Source: a virus. From it: a stretch of DNA of 62,152 nt. Where the stretch lies: positions 1 through 62,152 of IMG/VR virus record IMGVR_UViG_3300035684_000004. One strand, 5' to 3'. A program made the position numbers and the translations under genes. Under the pieces are notes generated by a model. It was given only the letters and a program-made list of their open reading frames with translations. It was not told the origin of the DNA and made no database searches. Below, in pieces: positions 1 to 10,300 of the stretch; within the stretch, counting starts at the first letter, position 1; each line of letters begins with the position of its first letter.

Positions 1-77
1 CGGGCGCCGGGCAGTACCACGTGTTCGGGTGCGCGTGGTCCGTGCACCACCGCTCGTGCTCGACGACCGGCTCCTCC
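1..77. repeat. Terminal direct repeat, left copy (identical to 62076..62152)
   Basis: Read directly: the first 77 nt of the window recur base-for-base as the last 77 nt. Confidence 0.97.
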
Positions 78-88
78 TGCTCACCCAT
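1..88 (-). CDS. 5' part of a 48-aa ORF that crosses the window junction (continues 62075->62017)
   Basis: ATG at 88..86 with GGAGGGG 11 nt upstream. Joined through the repeat it reads MGEQEEPVVEHERWCTDHAHPNTWYCPAPDGWVAADALPAVKEKPKED-stop. Too short for the ORF track. Confidence 0.5.
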   Translation of the reverse strand, partial: MGEQEEPVVEHERWCTDHAHPNTWYCPAP

Positions 89-118
89 CACTGCCCCACC
101 CCTCCGGGTACGAGAACG

Positions 119-472
119 TCAACCGGCGGACCGCCGCGCGGCCACCGCGTCGTCCACCGGCAGCCCCACCTCCGCGACCCGGGTCTTCTCCTGCCCCAGC
201 TGCAACAGGTCGTACAGCACCTCGAACGTCACCTCGGCCTCCCCCCGGTCCAGGTGCCTCGCCCACCGCCGGATCGCCGGCTGGTACCGGCCCGTCTGCC
301 GCGACCACGTCTCGATCGCCTCCAACAGCCACGTGTCGTGGTTCGACACCCGCCACGACGCCGGCGGCAACCGGCCGCGGCCCTTCCACCGCCACGCCGT
401 CGACGTCGGCGACCCGTGCAGCACCGCGATCTCCTGCGGCCCCACGATCCGCGGCTTCTCCCGCTCCGCCAT
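119..472 (-). CDS. Helix-turn-helix DNA-binding protein (excisionase/AlpA-like HTH)
   Basis: ORF track 117 aa. ATG 472 is preceded by GGAGGAG. The N-terminus IVGPQEIAVLHGSPTSTAWRWKGRGRLP looks like a small Xis-type HTH. Confidence 0.6.
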   Translation of the reverse strand: MAEREKPRIVGPQEIAVLHGSPTSTAWRWKGRGRLPPASWRVSNHDTWLLEAIETWSRQTGRYQPAIRRWARHLDRGEAEVTFEVLYDLLQLGQEKTRVAEVGLPVDDAVAARRSAG

Positions 473-564
473 CGCGTGCTCCTCCGTTACCGAGCCCGGT
501 GAGTGTCCGAGCCACTGGCACAGGAGTATCCCCCGCCAGAGCGCAGTCAGTCACCCTGCGCGGG

Positions 565-876
565 TCAGAACTCAAGGCGTGCCTCGACGCCATCAGCGGC
601 GGCGGCTCTCGCGGCCTTCGCGATCTCGTGCGCTGCGCGACGACGTCCGGACGGCGTCAGCCGGTACGTCGGCCGTCGTCCGCCGGCGCCGGTGACGCGC
701 TCGACCAGACCGCGCGCGACGAGCGTGGCCGTCCGGACTCGCACGAGGTCCAGGGACCAGCCCAGCCGCTCGGCGAGCACTCCGGGCGCGACGGTGCCTT
801 CGCCGCCGGTGTAGGCGTCGAGCATCGTGAGGAGCTCGACCCCGCCTGCGCTCAGGGCCTTCGTCGCGGCGCTCAC
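565..876 (-). CDS. Winged-helix (MarR/PadR-like) transcriptional regulator
   Basis: Last 103 aa of ORF 565..912. GTG 876 overlaps the upstream stop (GTGA). LAERLGWSLDLVRVRTATLVARGLVERV...PTYRLT resembles a recognition helix plus wing. Confidence 0.6.
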   Translation of the reverse strand: MSAATKALSAGGVELLTMLDAYTGGEGTVAPGVLAERLGWSLDLVRVRTATLVARGLVERVTGAGGRRPTYRLTPSGRRRAAHEIAKAARAAAADGVEARLEF

Positions 877-1259
877 AGCGCAAGCAGCGCGGCGCGGGAC
901 GCGAGCAGCCACATGCCGCTGCCGGGCGGCACGGCCAGCTCGTGTCGGCCGCTCCCGACCCGAACGGTGTAGGCCACCGACAGCACGCGGTCCTCGCGTA
1001 GGTTCGACGTGACGATCGTCAGCGTCTCCTGCTCGACGTTCTCGTCGAGGATCCGCACGGTGACGACGTTCACGCCGTCCGCTGCGAGGCGGTGCAGGTG
1101 GATCCGGCCGAAGAGCAGCTGGTCGACAGACTGCCCTGCACGCTCGGCGTCCTCGTCGCCGAGCCGGTCGAACAACTCGTCGACCTGCTGGATCCGGGTG
1201 TTCGCGGCGCGCCGGGCCCGGATGTTCGGGTGCACGGGCACCAGGTTGCTGGTGGTCAT
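873..1259 (-). CDS. Hypothetical protein (128 aa)
   Basis: ATG 1259 with CAGCGGAGGA upstream. The part of ORF 873..1508 upstream of it is low-complexity. Confidence 0.7.
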   Translation of the reverse strand: MTTSNLVPVHPNIRARRAANTRIQQVDELFDRLGDEDAERAGQSVDQLLFGRIHLHRLAADGVNVVTVRILDENVEQETLTIVTSNLREDRVLSVAYTVRVGSGRHELAVPPGSGMWLLASRAALLAL

Positions 1260-1302
1260 CTCATCCTCCGCTGACGAGTGATCGAGTGGTTCAGTGGTAC
1301 CC

Positions 1303-1344
1303 ATACTAGTACATGGTGCTGGGCGTGTGCCAGACAACGGCACA
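1303..1344 (-). promoter_or_regulatory. Promoter P1: dyad TGTGCC-N7-GGCACA (proximal half acts as -35), 18-nt spacer, -10 TAGTAT, then GTACCACTGAA
   Basis: Minus-strand reading cCTGTGCCgttgtctGGCACAcgcccagcaccatgtacTAGTATggGTACCACTGAAcc. Same architecture as P2-P4. Confidence 0.65.
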
Positions 1345-1446
1345 GGAGCCGCAGGGGACAATGAGCACGCGCGTCCGGGGTTCCCTCCGTTCACCGGACA
1401 CGCAGGGGCCCCGGGGTGCCAGCCCCGGGGCCCCACCACGCACCGG

Positions 1447-1956
1447 TCAGAACGGGCCCATGCCCCCGGACGCCGGCCGGTCACCGGGCCGGGGCTGCCC
1501 CGGGTCACCCGGGCCGTCCACGACCGCCGTCGCCGAGCTGTACTCGTACGGGTCCCGGCGGGCGTCCTTCCCGATGCCCCCCTCGACCACGCGCGCGATC
1601 GCGCCGTTCGTGCCCGTGACGCCCGTCGGCTTCAGCACGCCGTAGTGCGCGAGCACCGCGGTGCCGAACTGCGTCAGGAACACCATCGCCGTCGGCGCGA
1701 CGTCGAAGTCGCCCCCGTTCGCGGCGATCTGCGTGACGACCGACGTCAGCACGGTCAGCGCCACCAGGGTGAGCGCCTTCACGGCCGAGTCGGCGAACCG
1801 CCGGGTCACCAGCGCCACGGCGCCGGGCAGCAGCACGCCGATCAGGATGTTCAGCCAGTCGGCCGGGATCGTCACCGTGTCCGGTGCGGCGCCGGCCAGG
1901 GTCGAGACGGCGTACGCGCCGTCGTTCAGTGATGCGAGCAGCACGGTTGTCTCCAT
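1447..1956 (-). CDS. Multi-pass membrane protein, holin candidate
   Basis: 169 aa. Hydrophobic helices WLNILIGVLLPGAVALV, ALTLVALTVLTSVV and AMVFLTQFGTAVLAHYGVL, with a hydrophilic tail. Lies after the tail block. Confidence 0.6.
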   Translation of the reverse strand: METTVLLASLNDGAYAVSTLAGAAPDTVTIPADWLNILIGVLLPGAVALVTRRFADSAVKALTLVALTVLTSVVTQIAANGGDFDVAPTAMVFLTQFGTAVLAHYGVLKPTGVTGTNGAIARVVEGGIGKDARRDPYEYSSATAVVDGPGDPGQPRPGDRPASGGMGPF

Positions 1957-1984
1957 GCGTCGAGCCGGACCCCCAGGCGGGGGC

Positions 1985-2452
1985 TCACCTGCACTGTCGC
2001 AGCTGCCTCGTCATCGCCTCAGCAGATCGGCGGTGAGCGTCCCGCGTGTCCGGGACGTCGGTGTCCGCCAGGGCCCGCTCCCGCGAGATCGCCGACTCGA
2101 GCCGCGCGTTCGCGGCCTGACACTCCTCACGCGCGACCCGCCGGACGTCGGCCGCGTTGTACCCGACGTAGACCGCAGCTGCGACCATGAGCGCGGCGCC
2201 CACCGACGCGATGACACGGACAAAGCGGCTCGACGCCTTCTCCTGGATCTCGCGTCGCGCCGAGTGCAGCAGCTCCTTGTTCTCCCGGATGCCCTTGAGG
2301 ACGTCCGACAGCCCTCCCACGGTCCCGGACAACCGCTGCGTGGATGCCACGAGCGTCTCGTCGCGGCTCAGGATGTCCTCGACGTGATCGAGTCGCTCCT
2401 CGACCGCGTCGAGCCGCTCCTCTGCTCGGTCCATGCGCTCCCGCCAAGGCAC
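1985..2452 (-). CDS. Membrane-anchored coiled-coil protein (lysis-region neighbour)
   Basis: 155 aa. GTG 2452 with AGGAGGGG 8 nt upstream. Heptad-like N-terminus and one TM helix (VIASVGAALMVAAAVYVGY). Confidence 0.6.
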   Translation of the reverse strand: MPWRERMDRAEERLDAVEERLDHVEDILSRDETLVASTQRLSGTVGGLSDVLKGIRENKELLHSARREIQEKASSRFVRVIASVGAALMVAAAVYVGYNAADVRRVAREECQAANARLESAISRERALADTDVPDTRDAHRRSAEAMTRQLRQCR

Positions 2453-2473
2453 GCCCGGCCCCCCTCCTACTGT

Positions 2474-2767
2474 TCAGCCCTCCCCGCGACCGAGAGCACG
2501 ACGATCCCGACACTGCCGGTCCAATGCGTCCACGGTACGTGTCAGCTCCGGCACCAGGCCCCGAACTAGCGCCATCGTCGCCTCGTACGTCTCGGCGAGC
2601 TCCGTCCCGGACAGGTGGCCCAGCTGGTCGCGGACCGTCGGCCGGTCGGGCGCGACGTAGCGGGCGTTCGGGCGAGGGTTGCCGCCGGCGGCCACGGACA
2701 CCATCGTCGCCTTACCGTCGCGTCGTGCGCGAGGGGCGAGGCCCCCCGGGATCGTCGTCACGCTCAC
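2474..2767 (-). CDS. Hypothetical protein (97 aa)
   Basis: GTG 2767 is preceded by AAGGAGGAGGG. Overlaps the 3' end of the upstream ORF by 56 nt. Confidence 0.5.
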   Translation of the reverse strand: MSVTTIPGGLAPRARRDGKATMVSVAAGGNPRPNARYVAPDRPTVRDQLGHLSGTELAETYEATMALVRGLVPELTRTVDALDRQCRDRRALGRGEG

Positions 2768-3047
2768 GCCAGCCCTCCTCCTTCATGCGGTCCAGCAGTC
2801 CCGTCTCGACGTCCACGGCTCGTGTCATCAGCGGTACCACCGTCTCGATCATCAGCGCCGTGCTGTCGCGTACACGTTCCTCGAGCGCGGCCTTCTCGGC
2901 CTCGAGCTTCTCGATCTGCTTCCGCGCAGTCTCAAGCTCTCTGGCTAGGACTATGCCCCAACCCTTGATGAGCATGACGAGCAGCACGCCCGCGATGCCC
3001 AGGTTCGCGATCGTGGACACCCAGTCCAACGACGACCCCTCGCTCAC
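2712..3047 (-). CDS. Small membrane protein (N-terminal TM + coiled coil), holin/lysis candidate
   Basis: Last 111 aa of ORF 2712..3533. GTG 3047 overlaps the stop of 3044..4228 (GTGA). TM segment STIANLGIAGVLLVMLIKGWGIV. Confidence 0.6.
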   Translation of the reverse strand: MSEGSSLDWVSTIANLGIAGVLLVMLIKGWGIVLARELETARKQIEKLEAEKAALEERVRDSTALMIETVVPLMTRAVDVETGLLDRMKEEGWRERDDDPGGPRPSRTTRR

Positions 3048-4228
3048 GGAATCCCCCCCTGCCACGGCGACGAGTAGGGCGACGCCAGACCGCTCGCGTA
3101 CTGCTCGGGTGAGTCGAGGACCCCGATCCGCTGCCGCTGCCACAGCGGCGGCGCCAGCGACGGCGGCGACGACCAGGACGCGAACCTCGAGTTCACCTGC
3201 CCGCGGCCGTACGTCGGGTCCCACGCTCCACCGTGAGCGGTGAGCGTCGGGCCCGCGGTAGCGCCGGTCGGCGTGAGGATGGTCGTCGCAAACGCCGGGG
3301 TTGCTGCGGTCACGTCGACGGCGAGCGCGGGGTACAGCATCCGCCGCAAGGTCGGGTCGGTCAGCACAGGCCCGGAGGTCAGCCCGGCTCGGGTGGCGGG
3401 CAGCGCGACGTAGTCCCCGACGATCTCGGTGGCGTAGACGTGCCGGCGGGTAGGCCCGACGTACGAGACGTTCAGGAACCCCAGGTTGGCCCGGCCGATC
3501 GTGGGGCTGTGCCCGTCCCAGTACCCGACCCACGTCTCGCCGGTGTTCAGGTCGAAGCCGTACACGACAGCGCCTGACCCGTACGACACGGACTCCAACG
3601 CGAAGTCGTCCGGGCCGAGCGGCAGGAGCTGGCTAGGGGTCCGGGACGCCACCGGGCACCGATCGATGTCGAAGTAGCCGCCGCCGGCGTAGTCCGGTCC
3701 GACAGGCGACGAGCCTCTCGTCCCGGTGAGCACGAGCACCGGGTTCGTCGGGTCCGTGACGTCCCACCCGACGAACCCGCGGCTCGAGTCGCCCTGCTGA
3801 CCCACGGCGTACAGGTGCGTCCCGTCGCCGGAGAAGAACGGCGTCGGGCTGCCGAGCACGGTCCCCGAGCTGGTCGAGTACCCCACGTCGGTCGTGACGT
3901 CCCGTGCCACCAGGGTCGCGCCGGACGCGACGTCGACGAGGTGCAGGAACACGCGGATGCTCTCGCTGCCTGCCGGCGCGGTCGGCGTGTTCGTCTCGCT
4001 GTGGAACATCGCCAGCAGCGACCCGTCGAGCGTTACAGCCCCGCTGCTCACGTACATCTGCGGGATCGTCGACGCCGTCCACGTCACGGTCCGCACCCGC
4101 GTGATCGTGTCGTCGGCGACCTGCCACACCGACGTCGCGGACGCCGTGTTGACCTGCTGCGTCCCGCTCATGAAGTACGCCGCCGGGTACGACGCGACGA
4201 AGTACCCGTCGGGCAGCAGCAGCCCCAC
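3044..4228 (-). CDS. Minor tail protein (position-based)
   Basis: 394 aa, Ser/Thr/Gly-rich, last large ORF of the tail block. GGAGGG upstream of GTG 4228. Confidence 0.6.
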   Translation of the reverse strand: MGLLLPDGYFVASYPAAYFMSGTQQVNTASATSVWQVADDTITRVRTVTWTASTIPQMYVSSGAVTLDGSLLAMFHSETNTPTAPAGSESIRVFLHLVDVASGATLVARDVTTDVGYSTSSGTVLGSPTPFFSGDGTHLYAVGQQGDSSRGFVGWDVTDPTNPVLVLTGTRGSSPVGPDYAGGGYFDIDRCPVASRTPSQLLPLGPDDFALESVSYGSGAVVYGFDLNTGETWVGYWDGHSPTIGRANLGFLNVSYVGPTRRHVYATEIVGDYVALPATRAGLTSGPVLTDPTLRRMLYPALAVDVTAATPAFATTILTPTGATAGPTLTAHGGAWDPTYGRGQVNSRFASWSSPPSLAPPLWQRQRIGVLDSPEQYASGLASPYSSPWQGGIP

Positions 4229-4231
4229 CCG

Positions 4232-6466
4232 TCAGCCCTCCAGCGGGCCGGGCAGGATCCGCCCCGACACGTAGCACGACGACGCCGCGTAGAACGCCAC
4301 CCAGATCCACGGCGGCTTCACCGACCGGTACGAGATCGGCGCCGTCGAGTCCAGCTTCCCCGTGAGCGGGCTCGACGACACACCGTCCCACGGCGACGTC
4401 TGCTGCCCCGGGGAGTACCCGGCTGCCTGCCCAGGGCCCCCGATCGCGTCGATGAACCCGAGCGTTTCGAGGTTCTCCTGCTGCTTCTGGTACGGGCCCC
4501 GGCCGTACCCGTCGGTCGACGTCGGGTTCCCGACGTACTTCTGCAGCTGCGCCGCGGTGACGGCGTCGCCGAAGAACGCGACGTAGAACGCGCACGCCGG
4601 CGACGTCTTCAACGTGATCCGTGCGATCTTCCCGGCCGCCGACAGCGGGATCGACTGCACGACCCACAGGTTGGCGAACAGCGGCAGCTTCGGGATGATC
4701 CCCGCGGACGACTCCCCGTCGAAGGGCTCGACGGCGTCCGGGGTGACCTGCGAGCGTCGCGCCCGCCGACCAGGGAGCCGCAACGGGTCGTCCTTCGAGT
4801 CCTCGTCCTGCCGGATGATCGCCGCCACAGTCGGCAGGTCCCGCGCGAGCTCGTCGACGGTCAAGGACACCTGCCCAGGCCCGGACGACGGCGCGCCCTG
4901 CACCTGCGCGATGTGCAGGTCGACGGTCGCGCCCTGGAACGACTGCACGCGCAAGACGTCACCCTCCCGGATCCGCCACCGCGAGCCCTCGTTCGGGTCG
5001 ACGGTGAGCTGCACCGTGCCCACCCACCCCGGGTACGCCTCGCCCGAGCGGCGGGTCCGTGCGTACTCCTCCTTTGCGGCCGCGATGCCCACAGCCTTGC
5101 TGATCCCGGAGCCGTAGTTCGTGTCCCGCTCGACCCGCAGCAGCCGGCTCGAGTACGCGGTGTTCTTCCCGATCACGGTGCCGTCGGCGGCGTACCGGAA
5201 CGGCTCGGTCCGGCCGTCGCCGGCGATGGGTCGGCGCAGCTCCTTCCCGATCTGCGTCCCCGAGTACAGCGGCCACAGCGCGTTCCAGGTCTGCGGGCCG
5301 ACCACGCCGTCGACGGTGATCCCGGCCTGGTCCTGGATGGAGCGGATCGCGGCCTCGGTCGCGGACCCGTAGGTGCCGGTCACCGCGACGTCGCGGGTCA
5401 GGTTCAGCTCGTTGATGCGCCGCTGGATGTCGCTGACGCCCTCACCGGAGTCGGTGTCGGCGTCCGTCTCGCCTAGGCCGATCGTGTTCCCCGGCGACGA
5501 GTTCGGGTAGGCGGGCTGCTGCGCGATCTGCCCCGGGTAGCGCCAGTTCGCCCACGAGTAGCCGTCCTGCCGGATCCCGCGGCCGAAGAACACGTTCGGC
5601 GCCTCGGTCAGGTCCGAGCGCAGCTGGAAGTCCATGCCGCGCTGCCCGTACCGCACCGTCCACACCGTGCCGCTGGTCCGCTGCCGCAGCTCGTACGCCC
5701 GCCGCACTGTGCGCCGGCGCCGGACCGTCCACCCGATCGGCAGGGTGCTCTGCACGTACGCCATGACCGACTCGTTGCTCGAGCCCCGCCCGGCCGTCGA
5801 GTGCCCGGTCGTCACGGTCGCGATCGCGGCGACCCGGCGGGTGACGACCTCCTTGTTCAGCGCCGTAGCGATCAGCTTCCCGCGGTCGGTCGCAGGGATG
5901 TACTGCCCGGGCTTGTGCGTCGCCAGGCCAGCCGGCCCGGCGAGGTCACCCACCAGCTCGAACGTCGTGCCCTCGCCGTTGGAGCTGGTGGCCTTCGCGG
6001 TCAGCTCGCCGGACCACAGCGGCACCGCGTCCCGGACGCCGGCCGGGGTGACGATGTACAGGTCGACCGACGCGCCGTCCCGCAGGAACGACGTCGCCCC
6101 GGTCCCGATCTTCTCGAAGCCGCTGACCTTCGGGAACCGGATGCTCGCCGGCCCGCAGCCGAACGGGTCCATCAGCACGTACCGGTCCACGATGGTCTGC
6201 ACGCCCCGGAACACCGTGCGGTCGACGCCGTCGATGTAGACGTGGAAGAAGCCGACGTCGGCGCGGATCACGCTCGACGGCGCCCACTCGACGGGCTGCC
6301 CGTCGACGAGCGTCGGCGCGGGGAACACCTCGCTGATCCGCTGCAGCGGCGCGAACCCGGACGCCGGCGCGCCGGGCGGCGGCGACGAGTCGACGGAGCT
6401 CGCGAGGCCCTCGAGGTTCAGGCCCGGCCGGACCGTCGTCGACGGCACGAGGGTGAGGGTGGCCAT
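4232..6466 (-). CDS. Minor tail protein with peptidoglycan-binding motif
   Basis: 744 aa from ATG 6466 (TGATG overlap with the upstream stop). ITVDGVVGPQTWNAL is a PG_binding_1-type motif. The N-terminal 112 aa of ORF 4232..6802 look non-coding. Confidence 0.75.
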   Translation of the reverse strand: MATLTLVPSTTVRPGLNLEGLASSVDSSPPPGAPASGFAPLQRISEVFPAPTLVDGQPVEWAPSSVIRADVGFFHVYIDGVDRTVFRGVQTIVDRYVLMDPFGCGPASIRFPKVSGFEKIGTGATSFLRDGASVDLYIVTPAGVRDAVPLWSGELTAKATSSNGEGTTFELVGDLAGPAGLATHKPGQYIPATDRGKLIATALNKEVVTRRVAAIATVTTGHSTAGRGSSNESVMAYVQSTLPIGWTVRRRRTVRRAYELRQRTSGTVWTVRYGQRGMDFQLRSDLTEAPNVFFGRGIRQDGYSWANWRYPGQIAQQPAYPNSSPGNTIGLGETDADTDSGEGVSDIQRRINELNLTRDVAVTGTYGSATEAAIRSIQDQAGITVDGVVGPQTWNALWPLYSGTQIGKELRRPIAGDGRTEPFRYAADGTVIGKNTAYSSRLLRVERDTNYGSGISKAVGIAAAKEEYARTRRSGEAYPGWVGTVQLTVDPNEGSRWRIREGDVLRVQSFQGATVDLHIAQVQGAPSSGPGQVSLTVDELARDLPTVAAIIRQDEDSKDDPLRLPGRRARRSQVTPDAVEPFDGESSAGIIPKLPLFANLWVVQSIPLSAAGKIARITLKTSPACAFYVAFFGDAVTAAQLQKYVGNPTSTDGYGRGPYQKQQENLETLGFIDAIGGPGQAAGYSPGQQTSPWDGVSSSPLTGKLDSTAPISYRSVKPPWIWVAFYAASSCYVSGRILPGPLEG

Positions 6467-6873
6467 CAGTCGCCCGCGTCCATGATGAGCGTGCCGTTCG
6501 TCATGGTGGGCGCGGAGCCGATGTCGAGTGGCGCGGCGTCCGCGAGCTCGATGAAGTCGAAGACGTGCTCCCCGGTCGAGGTGGGCGCGTCGACGATGAA
6601 CACGCGCCGGACGACCTCCCCGAGGGCGTACCCGCCGGGCACGGTCGGCCAGACGACGTCGAGCAGGGTGGCCATCTGCCCCAGGCCGGTCGCGGACCCC
6701 CACGACGCGGTGCTCCTGGCGAGGCTCGCGCGGGCGTACCCGGTGTAGCCGGGCTCGACGTAGGCGTCGCCGGTCAGGGACACGTCGAGGCCGAAGTACC
6801 ACGTGCTCGGCGGGGTCAGCGCGTCGCCGCGGAACAGCCAGTTCAGCAGCAGCTCGCCGTACTCGGTCTGCAC
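6466..6873 (-). CDS. Minor tail protein (position-based)
   Basis: 135 aa. GTG 6873 with GAGGAG upstream. Downstream of the tape measure. Confidence 0.6.
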   Translation of the reverse strand: MQTEYGELLLNWLFRGDALTPPSTWYFGLDVSLTGDAYVEPGYTGYARASLARSTASWGSATGLGQMATLLDVVWPTVPGGYALGEVVRRVFIVDAPTSTGEHVFDFIELADAAPLDIGSAPTMTNGTLIMDAGD

Positions 6874-6882
6874 GGTCGCTCC

Positions 6883-7332
6883 TCAGTAGGCGGTCGGGTT
6901 GCAGGGCCAGTCGACGACGAGCTCCTCACGGAACCCCCACCGCATCGCGTCGCCGTCACGGCCCTCGGTGCGCTCGCTGATGTTCGGACTGCCGGTGAGC
7001 CGCCACGTCCTCACCACGCCGGCGATCGTCACCCGGAACTGCGCGTCGGGGCCGGCCTCCACGGCGTCGACGAGCGTGTCGTAGGCGTTCTGCAGCGCCG
7101 CGTACGACGCGGCCACGATCCGGACTTCCCACCGGAGACGGTCGACGTCGAGCACGGACACGATCTCGACCTCACCGGCGACGTACGGGCCCTGCTCGAC
7201 GATCCGCCGCTTCGGCCGCCCGGGCCGCTTCCACGTGATCGTCTCGTAGGTCGCGCCGGCGGCGCCGCTCGTCGAGAGCAGCACGGTCCCGCCGGGGTTC
7301 AGGACCTCGAACAGCGTGGAGAACACGGGCAC
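6883..7332 (-). CDS. Minor tail protein (position-based)
   Basis: 149 aa. Starts 2 nt after the tape-measure stop. Confidence 0.6.
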   Translation of the reverse strand: MPVFSTLFEVLNPGGTVLLSTSGAAGATYETITWKRPGRPKRRIVEQGPYVAGEVEIVSVLDVDRLRWEVRIVAASYAALQNAYDTLVDAVEAGPDAQFRVTIAGVVRTWRLTGSPNISERTEGRDGDAMRWGFREELVVDWPCNPTAY

Positions 7333-7333
7333 G

Positions 7334-10300
7334 TCAGGACACCCCCTTCGTCGGCGAGTACGTGCGCCCGCCGGACGACGCCGACGGGACGTCCGAGAGG
7401 CGCCCGACGACGACCTTCTCGATGTTGTACGTCTGGCTGTTGTCGGTGCTCGACCGCGACGCCACGGGGATCGGGACCGGCACGAGCCGGGGCCCGGCCA
7501 TGTTCAGCACGGAGCTGATGGGGCGGCCATCGGGTGACCCGCCGTCCCAGAACTTCGGCAGCGTCCGCGTCCGCACGGCCTCCATGAACGGCATGCCGTA
7601 GTAGTCAACGGACGCCGTCGGTTGCACGAACTCGCGTCGGGTGACGAGCACGGGGACCTGGTCGCGGCCGAACGCCCCCCAGTCGATCGGGCCGCCCTCG
7701 GCACGGGGCTTCTGGAACTTCGAGCCGCTGGCGTTGCCCGCGGTCGGCGCCGCCCGACCCTTCGCGTTCACGTACACCGGCCGGTTGTCGAGCTCGGACT
7801 GGATCGCCGTCGAGATGTCGATGCCGAACGCGGCCGCGATGCGCTTGATCTCCCCGGCGGGCAGCTTCAAGCTGCGCACCAGGGCGTCCATCGTGGCCTT
7901 GCCGCCGGCGGCGGCCTCCGCCGCGGCGATCGCCATCGCGGACTTGAGGTCCTTCGTGTACTGGTCGGTCGGCGCGTTCATGGCGATCGCCGCGATTCGG
8001 GCCTGCTCGGCCACGAACCCCGACAGGTTGGCGATCTGCGTCTCCGACTCGTTCACCATCTTGATCAGGTTCCCGGAGTGGTCGGCCAGGAGCCGCTGCA
8101 GCACCGGCTCCGCCCGCTCCGGGCCCTGCGCGAGCAGCTTCGCCACGACCGTCGGGTCCAGGCCTCGCTGGATCGCGCCGTTGATGTCGCGGATGAACGA
8201 CTTCGACAGGTCGATGGAGCGGCGGTACCGGCGCTCGAGCGTGTTGTTCGCCTGCTCGGCGCGCGCCTCCGCGAGCCGCTGCTCCGCGGCCTCCACCGCG
8301 CTGGACCGGCCCGTGCCGCCCGACCCGCGCGCGGCGATGAGCGCCTCGTCGTCCTTGAGCCGCTGCCGGGCCCGGTTCAGGGACTGCTGCTGCGACAGCC
8401 ACGACTTGTAGCTCTTGGTCCGGCCGGCGTGCATGAGGGCTTCCTTGTCGGCGATCGACTGCCGGTCCCTTGCCAGCCGCTGCTCGTCCCGCAGCGACGT
8501 CGTCCCGCCGCTGGTCGACTCCCGCCGCGCCTTCGCCAGCGCCGCCTGCGCGTCGGCGACCTTCTTCGCGTCACCGGTCGGGTCGTACTTCCCGAGCACG
8601 TCGGTGTCCCGCTCGAACGCCGTCTTCGCGGCCTTCACCACCCCCGAGATGGCCTCCTCGAGCTTCTCCATCGCCTCGATGTCGAGCTGCGCGTTCGCCG
8701 CGATCGACGCGGCCGTCGCGGCGTCCTCGTTCTTGAGGTCCTTCACGTAGCCGATGAGCCGGCGCCGGGCGTCAGCGCTCGAGTCAAACGTCCCCGACAG
8801 GTCGATGTTCGCGCGCTGCGCGAGCACGCCGAGCGCCTGGTTCGACAGGCCCGTCTCCAACGCGACCTCGGTCAGGTTGGCCTGCGTGTTCTCCAGCTTC
8901 GCGTTCAGCTCGGTGTAGGCCTTCGCGGCGGCTTCGCCCTCGGCGGCGACCTTCCCGACCTGGCCGTCGCCGAACACCTCGCTCGCGCCGGCCTTGAGGG
9001 TGCCCAGGACCCCCTCGTACTGCTTCCCCACCTCGACGGTGTGCTCCATCGTCTTCCGGAGCCCGTCGAGCTGCGCCCGGGCGGCCTTCGTGTCGTAGGC
9101 GTTGAACGACGCCCGGACCTTGTCGGCGTTCGCCTTCGCCTGATCCTGCGCGTCGTTCCACTGAGAGAACCCGCGGATCACCAGGAAGATCGCGGCGGCG
9201 AGGCCCGCGGTCATCGCGATCGACGCCGCGCCGGCGGCGGTCGCGAACCGGGCCGTGGCGGCGGCGGCGCCGTTCGTCGCGACGACGTACGCGGCGGTCG
9301 TCACAGTCAGGTACGCCGTCCGGGCGGCCTGCACCGTCGCGGCGGCCCCGGCAGCGACGAGCCCGGGGATGAGCCGGGCGAGGTACACCGCGGCGACCAG
9401 CTCGACGATCTCGACGTGGTCGGCGAGGAACTCGGTCAGCGCCCGGAGCACGTTCAGCATCGCCAGCAGGGGCCCGACGACCGCGACGCCGGCGATCGCA
9501 GCGAGGGCGCCCGCCACCGGGGCGGCGTCCTGCGCGAGCTGCACGAGGATGCTGGCCAGGTTCCCGGCCGTCGCCCACACCTGCTCGAACACCGGCGCCA
9601 CGGTGTGCAGCGCGGCGTTCAGGTACGGCAGGACGTCCCCGCCGGCCTCCCGGGCGGCGCCGAGGAACGCGTTCAGCGGCGGCAGGACCTTGAGACCGAC
9701 GGCGATCCCGGCGGCCTCCGCCGAGTTCCGGAACAGCGTCAGCTGCGCCTGCGTGGACTTCATCTGCTCGTTGAACGCGCGCTGCGTCGCGCCGGTCCGC
9801 TTGCTCGAGTCGGCGATCCCGTCGACCGCGGCCTGGTAGTTCGCGCCGTCCGCCGACAGCAGCGCTAGCACACCCCGCGCGGCCCGGACGTCGTCGAACA
9901 TCCGCACGAGCTGCTCGCTGGACCCGCCGGTGACCCGGCCGATGTCCTGGATGACGGCCTGCAGGCCCTTCTGCTTCAGCGCGCTCGCACCGGACTCGTA
10001 CCCGAGGGCCTTGTAGACCTTGGTGAGTTCCTCGGTCGGCTTGATGAGCTTGGTCAGCAGCTGGTTCGTCGCGGTCGCGGCTTCCGGTGCCTGGATGCCG
10101 GCCAGGGTGATCGCTGCGTACGCCGCGCCGACGTCCTGCAGCGGGACCTTCGCGGCCGCCGCGATCCCGACGAAGTCACCGAGGTTCTGTGCAAGGTCGT
10201 GGAACGTCACCACGCCCTTGTTGACCACCTGGAACAGGACGTCGCTCACGTCGCCGGCAGAGGCGGCCGAGAGGCCGTACGCGTTCAGTGCCGCGGTGAT

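Noticed and set aside
1-77. The 77-bp repeat as a proven biological terminal redundancy.
   Set aside because: It cannot be told apart from an assembler's circular overlap using sequence alone, and a small ORF runs straight through it.
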